This document shows, piece after piece, positions 29,650-43,386 of a stretch of DNA of 64,000 bases. Numbering within the stretch: position 1 is the stretch's first letter; every line of letters starts with the position of its first letter. The stretch is from the human T2T-CHM13v2.0 reference genome, Homo sapiens. The DNA lies in assembly GCF_009914755.1 (NCBI RefSeq), contig NC_060931.1; one strand, 5' to 3'. Made by a program: the position numbers and the translations under genes. The notes below the pieces were generated by a model, which saw nothing but the letters and a program-made list of their open reading frames with translations, did not search any database and was not told where the DNA came from.

Positions 29650-30965
29650 AAATTGCTTCAAAGAAAATATACAAATTGCTAATAAGCACATAAAAAGATG
29701 TTCAACATCATTAGTCATTAGAGAAATACAAAACAAAACCACAAGAAATAATTTCGCACTCATCAGGATAGCTATTTTTAAAAAAAATGAAAAATAACAA
29801 AAGTTGGCAAGTATGTAGAGAAATTGAAACCTTGTGCATTGCTAGTGGGTATGCAAAATGGTACAGCTGTTGTGGAAGTTTGGCAGTTCCTCAAAAAGCT
29901 AAACGTAGATTGTGCACCCATGTACATAGCAGCATTATTCACAGTAGCCAACAGGTAGATGCCAACCCAAGTGTTCATTGAAGGATTAATGGATAAACAA
30001 AACGCTGTATGTACATACAATGGAATATTCAACCATGAAAAGAAATAAAGAATTAAAACAAGCTACAGTGTGTGTGAACCTCAAAAACATTAGGCTAAAG
30101 GAAACAAGCCTGTCACCAGAGGATAGACACTCATCATTTCACTTATATTAGGTACCTAGAGTAGTCAAATTCACAGAGACATAAAGTAGAATGATGATTT
30201 GCAGGGACTAGTGGGAGGGGAGATGAGAAGTTATTGTTTAATGCTACAAAATTTCAGTTTTGCAAGATTAATCATTCTGTGGATAAATGGTGAGATGGTA
30301 GCACAACAATGCAAATTTACTTGATGCCACTGACCTGTACATTTAAAAAGGCTTAAGATGGTAAATTTTATGTGTATTATATTAAAATGTTTAAAAAGCT
30401 AGCACAGAAATACCATATAAGCCATCAATTTGACTCCAAGGTATGTACCCAAAAGAATTGAAGGCAGGAACTAAAAACGATACTTGTATGCCAATGATCA
30501 TAGCAGCACAACTCACAATAACCAAAAGATGGAAACAGTCCAACTGTTCCTCAAAAGATTAATGAATAAACAAAATGTGGTATGTGCACACAATGGAATA
30601 TTATTCAACCATTAAAAACGAAGTTCTGATAGATGCTACAACATGAATGAACCTTGAAGACATTATACTAAATAAAATAAGCCAGGCACAAAGGATAAAT
30701 ATTTATAATTCCACTTACCTAAGGCACCTAGATTAGGCAAATTGATAGAGACAGATAGTAGATTAGAAAGTAACAGAGACCAGAAGGAGGAAGAATGAGG
30801 AGGTTTTACTTAATGGTTACAGAGTTTCTATTTGGGGCAATAAAAATGTTTTGGAAATAGGGTTACACATCATCATGCACATAATTAATGCCACTGAATT
30901 GTACACTTAGAAATAGCTAAAATGGTAAATCTTATGTTATGCATCCCTTATTACAATAAATTTAT
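29650..30965 (+). mobile_element. L1MB-type 3' end containing a second 5'-truncated L1MB-type 3' end (about 29902-30391)
   Basis: Two L1MB 3'UTRs; the inner one is flanked by direct repeat AAAAAGCTA and the host resumes with ...CAGAAATACCATAT. Confidence 0.75.
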
Positions 30966-31176
30966 ATATAGCAAAAATGGGCAGAGATATAGAGAAATAA
31001 TACATATTCAGAATTATGGTGGGAAATTTTTACCTGCATCTATCAAAAAACATTAGTGGACAAAAAAATTTTAAAGGATATAGTACATTTAAACAATAAA
31101 ACCAAACTGCTTGATAGGATGGATGGATGTGGTGTATATAAACAGTGCCCCCAACAAATACATGAAATATAAGCCT

Positions 31177-31485
31177 TTTTTTTTTCTTCTTTTTTTTTTT
31201 TTAAAGACAGAATCTCACTCTGCTGGCCAGGTTTGAGTGCAATGGCATGATCATAGCTCACCACAGCCTTGAACTCCTGGACTTGAGCATTCCTCATACT
31301 GCAGCCTCCTAAGCAGCTGGGACTACAGGAATGTGCCACTACGCTCAGCTAATTTTTTAAGCTTTTGTAGAGATAGTGTCTGACTGTGCTGCCCAGGCTG
31401 TTTTCAAATTCCTGGCCTGAAGCAATCCTCCCACCTCAGCCTCCCAAAGTATTGGGATTACAGGTGTAACCCAAAACACCGGCTG
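31177..31485 (-). mobile_element. AluJ-type SINE
   Basis: poly-T, GATCATAGCTCACCACAGCC, AGCAATCCTCCCACCTCAGCC. Confidence 0.92.
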
Positions 31486-32072
31486 TGAAATATATTCTTT
31501 TAATGTGCACATAGATTATTCAGAAAAGTTGAAATGCATTGAATATTCTTTGCTGATATCTGGTCAAAGAATTAATAGCATGTAAATTGTGACCTCTGAC
31601 TATAATACAATGCTATTAGAAATAAACACTAAAGATTATTTAAAAGGAAAATTTCCCTTAAGCTTCAATATTTGAAACCTTTAAAATGTAATGAGGCTAT
31701 TACAATAGAATAGTCATAAATTAACACTTATAAAAGTACTATATATCAAAATGTATGAGATGCAGCTAAGTGGCATTTAGAGGTAAATTTATTAGAATCG
31801 AATGGATATATTAAAAACTAAATGACTGAAAATTAAATCTTTAAATCAAGATATAAAATAACAAGAATATTCTGAAGAAAAAAATAAGCAATAAAGATTA
31901 GAATAAAAATCAATGCAATAGAAAATAAAAGAAACAGCAGAGGGCATTCACAGTTGCTTTTTAACACTGATATTCTAATCAAAACAATAAAATAAGAAAA
32001 ATAAATATATGACACAAGAATTGGGAAAGAATGGATGAAACTGTTTATATTTTCATATTCCATTATTGTCTA

Positions 32073-32312
32073 CAGTAGTCCTTCCTTATCAGCAGGGGAT
32101 ACGGTCCAAGATCCCCAGTGGATGCTTGAAACCACAGATAGTACCTAACTTTATATATCATATGTTTGTTTCTGTACATACTTACCTAGAATAAAGTTTA
32201 GTTTACAAATTAGGCACAATTATGAATTAATCTGGGTGGCCAGATTCCCCAGTTTCAACTACCCACCATCAATCAAGGTCCAAAATAGGTGAGTACAGTA
32301 TAATAAGATATT

Positions 32313-32354
<42 letters not shown>

Positions 32355-32431
32355 TTTCATTCACAAACTTTTTATTACAGTATATTCTTATAATTGTATT
32401 ATTATTAGTTATTGTTAATCTCTTATTGTGC
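32073..32431. mobile_element. MER44 (Tigger7-derived) MITE with its right half inverted; contains (GA)n
   Basis: TA+CAGTAGTCC..CTTATC..CAGGGGATACG..CCAAGA.CCCCAGTGGATGC end; second part reads from the opposite end (GTTTCAACTACC...CCAAAATAGGTGAGTACAGT). Confidence 0.75.
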
Positions 32432-33479
32432 AAATCATTCTAATGATCTTTTACAAAGAACAGCAAAAAAACAATACTGAAGCTTAGAAAAAAGAAGACA
32501 TAAATTAATGGGAAAATTACCAACTCCAAAGATTGGAAAACTCTATATTAAAGAGTCTGTAATTATCTTTAAATAAATCTACAAATTAAATATAAACACA
32601 AAGTCTTACCTGACAATTTCATTGAAGTTGACAAAAGACTAAGAATTTCAAAGACAAATTTGAAGAGGAACAAGAAGGGGAGGGGGCATATTATATAAAG
32701 CAATAGTATTTAAGACTGTCTGGTATTAGCTCAGGGTATTAGCTCAAGCAAGTAGAAGTGATAGCTCAAAAGTAGATCTACTCACATATGGAAACCATAT
32801 ATGACAGATGTGTGAGAATAAACACACCATTCAATACAGAGGGCTGGGGAGGGGAGGACATGGAGCAAGATGGCCAAATACAACCCTCCAGCAGTAGTCT
32901 CCCACTCCCCTGAAGGAACACCAAATTGAACAACTGTCCACACAAGAAAGCACCTTCATGAGACCCAACTCTCAAGTGTGTGAACACAGTACCTTGTTTT
33001 AACATCACGACATTTAACATCATAACAAGAAAAGAGGCACTGAAGAGGGTAGGTAAAACAGTCTCGAATTGTTGTCACCACCCCTCCTTCATTCCCTGGC
33101 GGTGACTTTGCGGCACCAAGAGAGAATCTGTATGCTTGAGGGAGAGAGAACAAAATAATTGTGGACTTTTGCATTAGAACTCAGTGCTGGCCTGTCACAA
33201 CAGAAGGCAAGATAGGGCAGAATTCAGCTGGCATCCAAAAAGGGAGCATTTAGCCAGCCCAAGCAAGAGAGGAATCATTCATCCCAGCAGTTGGAACCTG
33301 AATTTGGGCTAGCCCCACTACTGCGGGCTGTAGGGCAATGGGCTCCTAAATAAATTTGAAAGGCATTCTAGGCCATAAGGACTTCAATTTCCAGGCAATT
33401 CTTGGTGCTATGCTGGGCTCAGAGCCAGTAGTCTTGGGGTACACATGACTTAGTGAGATACCAGCTGGGGCAGCCAAGG

Positions 33480-34350
33480 CGGTGCTTGCATCACCACTCC
33501 CCCAACCCCAGGCATCACCACCCACAGCTCTGAGAGAGACTCCTTCCTTCTGTTTGAAGAAAGGAAAGGGAAGAGTAGAGAGAATTTTGTTTTGCAACTT
33601 GGACACCAGGTCGGCCACAGTATAATAAAGCACTAAACAGAGTCCTAAAGCCCAGAATTCAGGCCCTAGTTCCCAGATGACAGAAGGGAACCCACTGCCC
33701 TGAATGGAAAGACCCAGTGATGGCAGGATTCATCACTTGCTGACTAAAAAGCCCTTAGACTTTGCAGAAACTTCAGCAGTAGACAGGCAGTAGTTGCCAC
33801 AGCCCCTGAGAGAGACCCATTAGTGTACTGGCTTTGGGTGTAACTCTCTACATTCCCAGCTATGGTGACCATGAGGAGAGACTCCTTATTTTCGAGGAAA
33901 AGAGAGGGAAGAGTAAAAAGGATTTTGTCTTGTGGCTTGGGTCCCAGCTCAGCCACAGTAAAACAAAGCACCAGTTAGATTCCTAGGATTTCCAATACGA
34001 GGGCCTAGCTCCTGGATGGCATTTCTAGACCCACCCTGGGCCAAAAGGGACTCTGTTTCCCTGAAGGGAAAGATCCAGGCCTGGCAGGATTCACCAACCT
34101 GCTGAGTAAAGAGCCCTTGGGACTTGAATAAACATCAGTGGTAACCAGGCAACAGTCACTACAGGTCTTGGGCAAAACCAAGTACTGTGCTGGTTTCAGG
34201 CATGACCCAGCACAATCCCAGCAGTGGTGGCCATGAAAGTTCTTGTGTCACACCTCCCTCAAGTCCACTCAGTATAGCATGGGGAGATAGACTCTGTTTG
34301 TTTGGACGAAAGTAAGGGAAGAGAATAAGACACTCTGCCTTTTAATCCAG
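33480..34350 (+). repeat. About 350-bp diverged tandem units in the L1 5'UTR (two full units and one partial)
   Basis: Recurring GAGAGACTCC...AGGGAAGAG and CTGGCAGGATTCA..AC.TGCTGA.TAAA blocks near 33535, 33878 and 34288. Confidence 0.75.
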
Positions 34351-35924
34351 GGAATTTTTCTAGATCTTACCCAAGATCACCAATGTGGTACCACTACAAG
34401 TCTGCAACAGCCACAGTGATACTGAGCTTGGGGTGTCCTCTAATGCAGATATAGCTACAGTGACCAAAGACTTAGATGACAACACTCAATTTCATTTGAA
34501 TACCTGAAAAGTATTCTCAAGAAGGATGGGTACAAATAAGCTAAGACTGCAAACATTAGAATACATACATAACTGTTCAACGCCCAGACACAAACATCCA
34601 CAAGCATCAGGACCACCCAGGAAAACATAACCTCATCAAACAAACTAAATAAAGCACCAGTGACCTATCCAGGAGCGACAGAGATATGTGACCTTGCAGA
34701 CAGAGAATTCAAAATAGCTGTTTTGAGGAAACTCAATGAACTTCAAGATAACACAGAGGAGGAACTCAAAATCTATCAGATAAATTCACCAAAGAGATTC
34801 AAATAATTTTTTAAAATCAAGCAAAAATTCTAGAGCTAAACAATTCAATTGAGAAACTGAGGAATGCATTGGATATCTCAATAGCAGAATTGATCAAGCA
34901 GAGGAAAGAATCAGTGAGCTTGAAGACAGGTTGTTTGAAAATACACAGTCAGAGAAAACAAAAGAATAAAAAATAAAAAAGAATGAAGCATGCCTTCAAG
35001 ATCTAAAAAATAGCCTGAAAAGGGCAAATCTAAGAGTTGTTACCTCAAGGAAGAGGTAGCGAGAGATATAAGGGTAGAAAGTTTATTCACAGAGATAAGA
35101 GAAACTTTACAAACCTAAAGAAATATATCAATATTTAAGTACCAGGAGGTTATAGAACAACAAGCAGATTTAACCCAAATAAGACTACCCCAAGACATTT
35201 AACAATCAAACTCCCCAAGGTCAAGAATGAAGAAAGGATACTAAAAGCAGCAAGAGGAAAGGAACAAATAACATACAAAGGAGCTCAAATACATCTGGCA
35301 GCAGACTTCTCAGTGGAAACCATACAAGCCAGGAGAGAGTCGCATGACATATTCAAAGTGCTAAAAGGAAAAAAAACTTTTATTCTAGAATATTATATCT
35401 GGCAAAAATATTCTTCCAATATAATGGAGAAATAAAGACATACCCAGACAAACAAAAGCTGAGGGACTTCATCAACAGCAGACATGTCCTACAAGAAATG
35501 CTAAAGGAAGTTCTTCAGTCTGAAAGAAGAGGGCATTAATGAGCAAAACAAAAATAAAAACAAAAACAAAAACCCTGAAGGTATGAAACTCACTAGCAAA
35601 ACTAAGTACACAAACACAGAATATTATAACACTGTAATTGTGATGTGTAAACTATTCTTACCTTAAGCAGAAGTACAAATAGATGAATCTATGAATCCAT
35701 AAAAATAATAACTATACAACTTTTAAAGACATGGAGTAATAAGATATAAATAGAAACAACAAAAAGTTTAAAAGTAAAGGGGATGAAGTTAAAGTGTAGA
35801 GTTTTTATTCATTTTCTCTTTGCATTTTTTTTGCAATGAGGGCTAAGTTGTCATCAGTTTAAAATAATGATTTATTTGATGTAATGTGCAAACCTCATGG
35901 TAACCCCAAATAAAAAAAACCTAT

Positions 35925-35926
<2 letters not shown>

Positions 35927-35959
<33 letters not shown>

Positions 35960-35973
35960 ACACACACACACAC
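35927..35973. repeat. (CA)n microsatellite
   Basis: Direct reading. Confidence 0.95.
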
Positions 35974-36029
35974 AAAAGCAAGAAATTAAAATATACCACC
36001 AGAGAAAATCACCTTCACTAAAAGAAAGA

Positions 36030-36210
36030 TAGGAAGGAAAAAAGAAAGAAGAAGGAAGGAAGGAAGGATGGAAGGAAGAAGGAAGGAAGGCAGAAAGGAA
36101 GGATGGGAGGAAGGAAGGAAGGAAAAGAGAAGGGGAAGGGAAGGGAGGGAAGGAAGGAAGGGAAGGAAGGAAAGCAAGGAAAGGAAACGAGGGAAAAGAA
36201 GGAGGGAAAA
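36030..36210. repeat. (GGAA)n-like polypurine tract
   Basis: about 180 bp of GGAA/GAAG units. Confidence 0.93.
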
Positions 36211-37812
36211 ACATAAAGCAACCATACCACAAATAGCAAAATAAGTCCGTCCTTACCAATAATAACATTGAATGTAAGTGGACTAAATTCTCCAGTCAAA
36301 AAATCAAGTGACTGAATGCATTTTTTTTTAAAAAAGACCCAACTATCTGCTGCCTACAAGAAACACATAGAAATTAAAACAGAGCAGGACAGGAGCAGCT
36401 ATACTTTTATCAGATAAAATATATTTCAAGACAAAAACTGTAAAAAGAGGGAAACTGAATCATTATTTACTAACAAAGGGGTCAATTCAACAAGAAGATA
36501 TAACAGTGGTAAATTTATATGCCTCCAACACTGGAGCACCCAGGTATGTAAATAAAATATTATTAGAGCTAAAGAGAGAGGTAAATCCCAATACAATAAT
36601 AGTTGGAGACTTCAATAGCCCACTATCAGTATTGGACAGATCATTCAGACAAAAAAAATCAACAAAGAAACATCAGACATAATCTACACTGTAGACCAAA
36701 TGGACCTAATAGATATTTACAGAACATTTCATCCAGAATATACATTCAGCAGAATATACATTCTTCTCCTCAGCATATGGATCATTCTGAAGGATAGACT
36801 GTATGTTAGGCTACAAAACAAGTATTAAAATATTCAAAAAAACTGAAATCACATCAAGTATCTTCACTGACCTCAATGGAATACAAGTAGAAATCAATAA
36901 CAAGAGAAACTTTGGAAACTATACAAACACACAGAAATTAAACACTATGTTCCTGAATGACAGTTGGGTCAATACAAAAATTAAGAAGGAAATTGAAAAA
37001 TTTCTTGAAGCAAATGAAAATGGGAATACAACATATCAAAATGTAAGAGATACAGCGAAAGCAGTACTAAGAGGGAAGTTTATAGCAATAAGTGCCACAT
37101 CAAAAAGTGTAAAAACTTCAAGTAAACAACCTATTGACATATCTTAAAGAACTAGAAAAGCAAGAGCAAACCAAGCCCAAAATTAGTAGAAGAAATAATA
37201 AAGATCACAGCAGCAATAAATGAAATTGCAACAAAAAAGAATAGAAAAGATCAACAAAATGGAAAGTTGTTTTTTAAAGATAAATAAAGTTGACAAAAGT
37301 TGAGACAGACTAAGAAAAAAAGAGAGAAGACCCAAATAAATAAAATCAGATTGAAAAATTAGACATCACAAGTGATACACCAGAAATTCAAAGGATCATT
37401 ATAGACTTACTATGAGTAGCTATGTGCCAATAAATTGGAAAACCTGGAAGAAATGGATAAATTCCTAGATACATGCAATGTACCAAGTTTGAACCAGGAA
37501 AAAAAATTTCAAAACCTGAATAGACCAATAATAAGTAACAAGACGGACACCATAATAAAATGTCTCCTAGCAAAGAAGAGTCCAGGAACTGATGGCTTCA
37601 CTGTTAAATTTTACCGAACATTTCAATAACCGATACCAATCCTACTCAAACTATTCTGAAAAATAGAAGAGAAGGGAATGCTTCCAAACTCATTCTATGA
37701 TACAAATATTACACTGATGGCAAAACTAGACAAAGGCACATAATAAAGAAACTATAGGCCAATATCTCTGATATAAAACTGGTCATTCATCATGACCAAG
37801 TGAGATTTATCC

Positions 37813-40800
37813 CGCTTGCAGAGGGGACCAGCCTGTCTCCCATGGGTCCCACACCCTACCCCAACCCTACAACTATGTGTCACTGGACAAGGAACCCCTG
37901 GCTTGCTTGGGCTCACAGCACAGACCCTCCAATTCTGGGCTGATTGCACTGACTAATTGCTGACACACATCTCTCTGGAGTAGAGCCCCCAGTAAACAAG
38001 CAAAGTGGTGGGGCAGCAAGCCAGCTGATACGGAGCCCAGAGGGTTGGGTGCAGGATCATGGCCAGGGACAGCCATCCCTCTAAGCTTGACTTGCTCCCA
38101 TAAGAGACTTTAGCTTTAAGGGACCTGTTGAACCTGACCTCTGCAGGGTGGTCTTGCATATCAGATGGAGCTGGTCGGACCTGAGCACTCCTTGGTCTGC
38201 TGTCCTCTCTTGGGGCCCCAGCCTGGCCATGCATGTTTATAGGGCAGTCTTGGGTACCCTGGAGGCCCTCCTCATAGCTTCTGCCCTGGTGAACTGTGAC
38301 TGACTGGAGGAGGGCTCCAGTGAGGTGGCTCCTACAGCCACACACCCGTCCTCACATTTCCTCCCCATACTATAGCTTCCCCAAGCCCACATCAATTCCC
38401 CACATCACTTTGCTGACACATGTCTGCAGGGGCAGGTTTTGTTTTACTTGCCCAGCCAGCACACGGGAGTGCAATAGGCCCCTCCACTCCTGCTAACTGC
38501 CACTGCAGACAAAGCCTTGGTGGACACAGAGCCAGCAAGCCCTGTCCCCACCAGCACCCCTCCCTTGTGCTACACTGCAGAAAGAACAGGGGATCCTCTC
38601 ACACCCTGAGAGATCACTCCTGCTCGCAAGGCACAGAGAAGGCACCCAGACCTCCAATGGCCAGCACCCCACCCCAAGCCAACACCAACTCCAGGGCAAT
38701 AATGCAAACAGGATTATGTAAAGAGACTGAATCTACAACTGATTGTTCTACTTGAAAGAGATGGGGAAAATGAAACCAACTTGGAAAACATATTTCAGGA
38801 TATCATCCATGTGAACTTACCCAACCTAGCTAGAGAGGTCAACGTTCAAATTCAGGAAATTCAGAGAACCCCACTAAGACACCTCACAAGAAAATCATCC
38901 CCAAGACAAATGACCATCAGATTCTCCAAGGTCAAAATGAAAAAAACAAAGTTAAAGGAAGGCAGCTAGAGAGAAAGTTCAGTTCACCTTCAAATGGAAG
39001 GCCATCAGACTAACAGTGGATCTCTCAGCTAAAACCCTACAAGCCAGAAGAGACTGGAGGCCAATATTCAACATTCTTAAAGGAAAGAAATTCCAACACC
39101 GAATGTCATATTGGCCAAACTAAGCTTCATAAGCAAAGGAGAAATAAGATCCTTTCCAGACAAGCAAATGCTGAGAGAATTTGTTACCACCAGACCTCCC
39201 TTTCAAGAGCTTCTGAAGGAAGCACTAAATGTGGAAAGGAAAGACCATTACCAGCCACTACAAAAACACACTAAAATACACAGACCAGTGACACTATAAA
39301 GCAATCACATAAACAAGTCTGCAAAATAAATAGCTAACATCATGATGACAGGATCAAATCCATACATATCAATACTAATCTTAAATGTATATGAGTTAAA
39401 CATTTTAATTAAAAGACATACAGTGGCAAGTTGGATAAAGAAAACATTGGTATGCTGTCTTCAAGAAGCCCATCTCACATGCAGTGACACACATAGGCTC
39501 AAAATAAAGGAATGGAGAAAAATCTACCACAAAAATGGAAAACAGAAAAAAGCAGGGGTTGCAATTCTAGTTTCTGACAAAACAGACTCTAAATCAACAA
39601 AGATCAAAAAAGACAAAGAAGGGCATTATATAATGGTAGAGGGTTCAATTAAACAAGGAGATCTAACTATCCTAAATCTATATGTACCCAAAACAGGAGC
39701 ACCCAGATTAATAAAACAAGTTCTTAGAGGCCTTCAAAGAGACTTAGACTCCCACATAATAATAGTGGGAGAATTTAACACCTCACTGACAATATTAGAC
39801 AGATCACTGAGACAGAAAATTAACAAAGATATTCAGAACCTGAATTCAGCACTGGATCAAATGCATCTGATAGACCTACAGAACTCTCCACCCCCAAACA
39901 GCAGAATATACATTCTTCTCATCACCACATGGCACATACTTTAAAGTCGATCACATAATCAGAAGTAAAACATGCCTCAGCAAATACAAAAAACTGAAAT
40001 TATAGCAAATAGTTTCTCAGACCATGGCACAATCAAATTAGAAATCAAGACTGGGAAATTCACTCAAAATAATTAAATTACATGGAAATTGAATAACCTG
40101 CTGCTGAATGACTTTTGAGTAAATAATTAAATTAAGGCAGAAATCAAGAAGTTCCTTGAAATTAATGAGAACAAAGACACAACATATAAGAATCTCTAGG
40201 ATACAGCTAAAGCAATGTTAAGAGACACATTTATAGCACTAAATGCCCACATCAAAAAATTAAAAAGATCTCAAGTTAACAACCTAACATCACAAATAAA
40301 ACAACTAGAGACCCAAGAGCAAAAAAATTTCAAAGCTAGCAGAAGACAAGAAATAATCAAAAGCAGATTTAATCTGAAAGAGAGAGACACATGAAAAATC
40401 TTTCAAAAGATCAACAAACCCAGAAGCTGGTTTTTTGAAAAAAATTAATAAAATAGATAGATTGCTAGATAGACTAATAAGGAAGAAAAAGAGAAGATTC
40501 AAATAAACACAATCATAAATCATAAGGCAGATATTACCACTGACCCCACAGAAATGTAAACAACCATCAGAGAATATTATGAACTCTCCTATGCACATAA
40601 GCTAGAAAATCTAGAAGAGATAAACTACTTCCTGGACACATACACCCTCCCAAGACTGAACCAGGAAGAAATTGAATCCCTGAACAGACCAATAACAAGC
40701 TCTGAAACTGAAGCAGTAATAAATAGACTACCAACTTAAAAAAGCTTGGCACCAGATGGATTCACAGCTGAATTCTACCAGATGTACAAAGAAGAGCTGA

Positions 40801-43386
40801 TTCCATTCCTACTGAAACTAATCCAAAAAAATGAGGGGGAGGGACACCTCGTAACTCATTCTATGAGTTCAGTATCATACTGTCATCAAAACCTGGCAGA
40901 GATACAACAAAAAAAGAAAACTTCAGGACTATGTCCTTGATAAACATTGATGCAAAAATCCTCAACAAAATACTGGTAAACCAAATCCAGCAGCACATGA
41001 GAAAGCATACCCACTACGATCAAGTAGTCTTTATCCCTGGAATGCGAGGCTGGTTCAACATACTCAAATCTATAAATGTGATTCATCACATAAACAGAAC
41101 TGAAGACAAAACCTACAGGATTATCTCAATAGATGCAGAAAAGTCTTTCAGTGAAATTCAACATCCATTCATGTTTAAAAATTCTCAATAAACTAGGTAT
41201 TGAGGAACATACCTCTAAATAATAAGAGCCATATATGCCAAACCCACAGCCAACATCATACTGAATGGGCAAAAGCTGGAAGCATTCCCCGTGAAAACCA
41301 GCACAAGACAAGGATGCTTTTTCTCACCACTCCTATTCAACACAGTATTGGAAGTCCTGGCCAGGATAATCAGGCAAGAGAAAGACATAAAGGGCATCCA
41401 AATAGGAAGAGGGGAAGTGAAACTATCCCTGTTTGAAGATGACATGATGCTATATCTAGAAAACCCTATAGTCTCAGCACAAAAGTTCCTTAAGCTTATA
41501 AGTAACTTTAGGAAACTCTCAGGATACAAAATCAATGTGCAGAAATCACTAGCGTTCCTATAAACCAACAATAGTCAAGCTGAGAGCCAAGTCAAGAATG
41601 CAATCCCATTCACACTTGCCACAACAAGAATAAGATGCCTCGGAATACAGCTAACTAGGGAGATGAAAAATCTCTACAAGGAATACAATAAAGCACTGCT
41701 CAAAAAATTAGAGACGACACAAACAAATGAAAAAACATTCTGTGCTCATGAATACAAAGAATCAATGTTGTTAAAATGGCCATATTGCTCAAAGCAAGTT
41801 ATAAATTCAATGCTATGCCTATTAAACTTGAGATTCTTCACAGAACTAGAAAAAACTATTTTAGAATTCACATGAAACCAAAAACGAGCCTGAATAGCCA
41901 AAGCAATCCTAAGCAAAAAGAACAAAGCTGGAGGCATCATACTACCTGATTTCAAACTATACTACAGGGCTACGGTAACCAAAACAGCATGATACTGGTA
42001 CAAAAACAAACATATAGACCAATAGAACAGAATAGAGAGCCAGAAATAAGACCACACACCTACAACTATCTGATATTCAACAAACCTGACAAAAACAAGC
42101 AATCGGAAAATGACTCCCTATTCAATAAATGGAGCTGGGATAACAGGCTAGCCATATGCAGAAGATTGAAACTGACCTCTTCCTTACACCATATACAAAA
42201 ATTAACTCAAGATGAATTAAAGACTTAAATGTAAAACTGAAAACTATAAAAACCCCCTAAAAGACAACCTATTCTGGACGTAGAAATGGGCAAAGATTTC
42301 ATGACAAAGACTCCATAAGCAATCACACAGAAGCAAAAATAGGCAAATGGGATCTAGTTAAACTAAAGAGATTCTGCACATCAAAAGAAACTATCAATAA
42401 ACAGACAACCTACAGAATGCAAACTATGCATTTGACAAAGGTCTAATATCCAGCATCTATAGGAAACTTAAACAAATTTACAAGAGAATAACAACCCCAT
42501 AAAAAAGTGAGCAAAGGACATGAACAGATACTTTTCAAAAGAAGACATACATACAGCCAAAAAGCATATAAAAAAAGCTCAACATCACTGATCATTAGAG
42601 AAATGCAAATCAAAACCACAATGAGATACCATCTCACACCAGGCAGAATGGCTAATATTAAAAAGTCAGAAAATAACAGATGCTGGCAAGGCTGTAGAGA
42701 AAAAGGAACACTTATACATTGTTGGTGGGTGTGTAAATTAGTTCAACCATTGTGGTAGACAGTGTGGCAATTCCTCAAGACCTAAAGACAGAACTACCAT
42801 TTGACCCAGCAATCCCATTACTGGGTATATACCCAAAGGAATATTAATTGTTCTATTATAAAGACACATGCATGCATATGTTTATTGCAGTACTATTAAC
42901 AATAGCAAAGACACGGAATCAACCTAAATGCCTATCAATGGTACAATACATAAAGAAAATGTGGTACATATACACCATGGAATATTATGCAGCCATAAAA
43001 AGAACAAGATTATGTCCTTTGCAGGAACACGAATGAAGCTGGAGGCCATTATTTTTAGGAAACTAATGCAGGAACAGAAAACCAAATACCTTATGTTCTC
43101 GTTGATAAGTGGCAGCTAAATGATAAGAACACATGGACACATAGAGGGGAAAAACATGCACTGAGGACTACTAGAGGATGGTGGTTGGGAGGAGGGAGAG
43201 GATCAGGAAAAATAACTAATGGGTGTTCGGCTTAAAACCTGGGTGATGAAATAATCTTTACAACAAGCCGCCATGACAAAAGTTTACTTATGTAACAAAC
43301 CTGCACGTGTACCCCTGAATTTCAAATAAAGGTTTAAAAAACCTGCACATGTATCCCTGAAATTTAAAAATAAAAGTTAAAAAAAA
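37813..43386 (+). mobile_element. L1PA13-16-like element: partial 5'UTR, ORF1 lacking its N-terminal part, near-complete disrupted ORF2, 3'UTR
   Basis: ORF1 C-terminus KLSFISKGEIRSFPDKQMLREFVTTRP; ORF2 start at 39342; 3'UTR of the same type as the 7.3-kb copy. Confidence 0.9.
39342..43150 (+). pseudogene. Disrupted L1 ORF2 (APE endonuclease, RT, C-terminal domain)
   Basis: [55 protein letters not shown] (FADD motif altered), [13 protein letters not shown]; many stops and frameshifts. Confidence 0.92.

Larger units (their letters stand above)
32840..37812 (+). mobile_element. L1MA-type (L1M1/M2) element: full 5'UTR, ORF1, long inter-ORF region and ORF2 EN to start of RT; 3' half missing
   Basis: GGAGCAAGATGGCC start; ORF1 about 34570-35540; ORF2 NGNTTYQNVRDTAKAVLRGKFIA, KSPGTDGFT; stops and frameshifts. 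Confidence 0.88.

Noticed and set aside
33480-34350. ~350-bp tandem units as a novel satellite
   Set aside because: They lie inside an L1MA-type 5'UTR, where such repeats are a family feature
36030-36210. GGAA tract as an EWS-FLI1-type microsatellite enhancer
   Set aside because: Heavily interrupted, with only short runs of consecutive GGAA; it lies in an L1 inter-ORF purine tract
35921-36299. F/L/P/S-rich ORFs on -
   Set aside because: Translation of the (GGAA)n and (CA)n tracts
37953-38755. GC-richer segment with 111-130 aa ORFs suggesting a gene or promoter
   Set aside because: It is L1 5'UTR sequence directly upstream of ORF1, CpG-depleted, with no recognisable protein
39342-39944. 200-aa ORF as a possible domesticated endonuclease
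   Set aside because: Ordinary L1 ORF2 N-terminus; it frameshifts before the final catalytic SDH region and has altered motifs (GEFN for GDFN)
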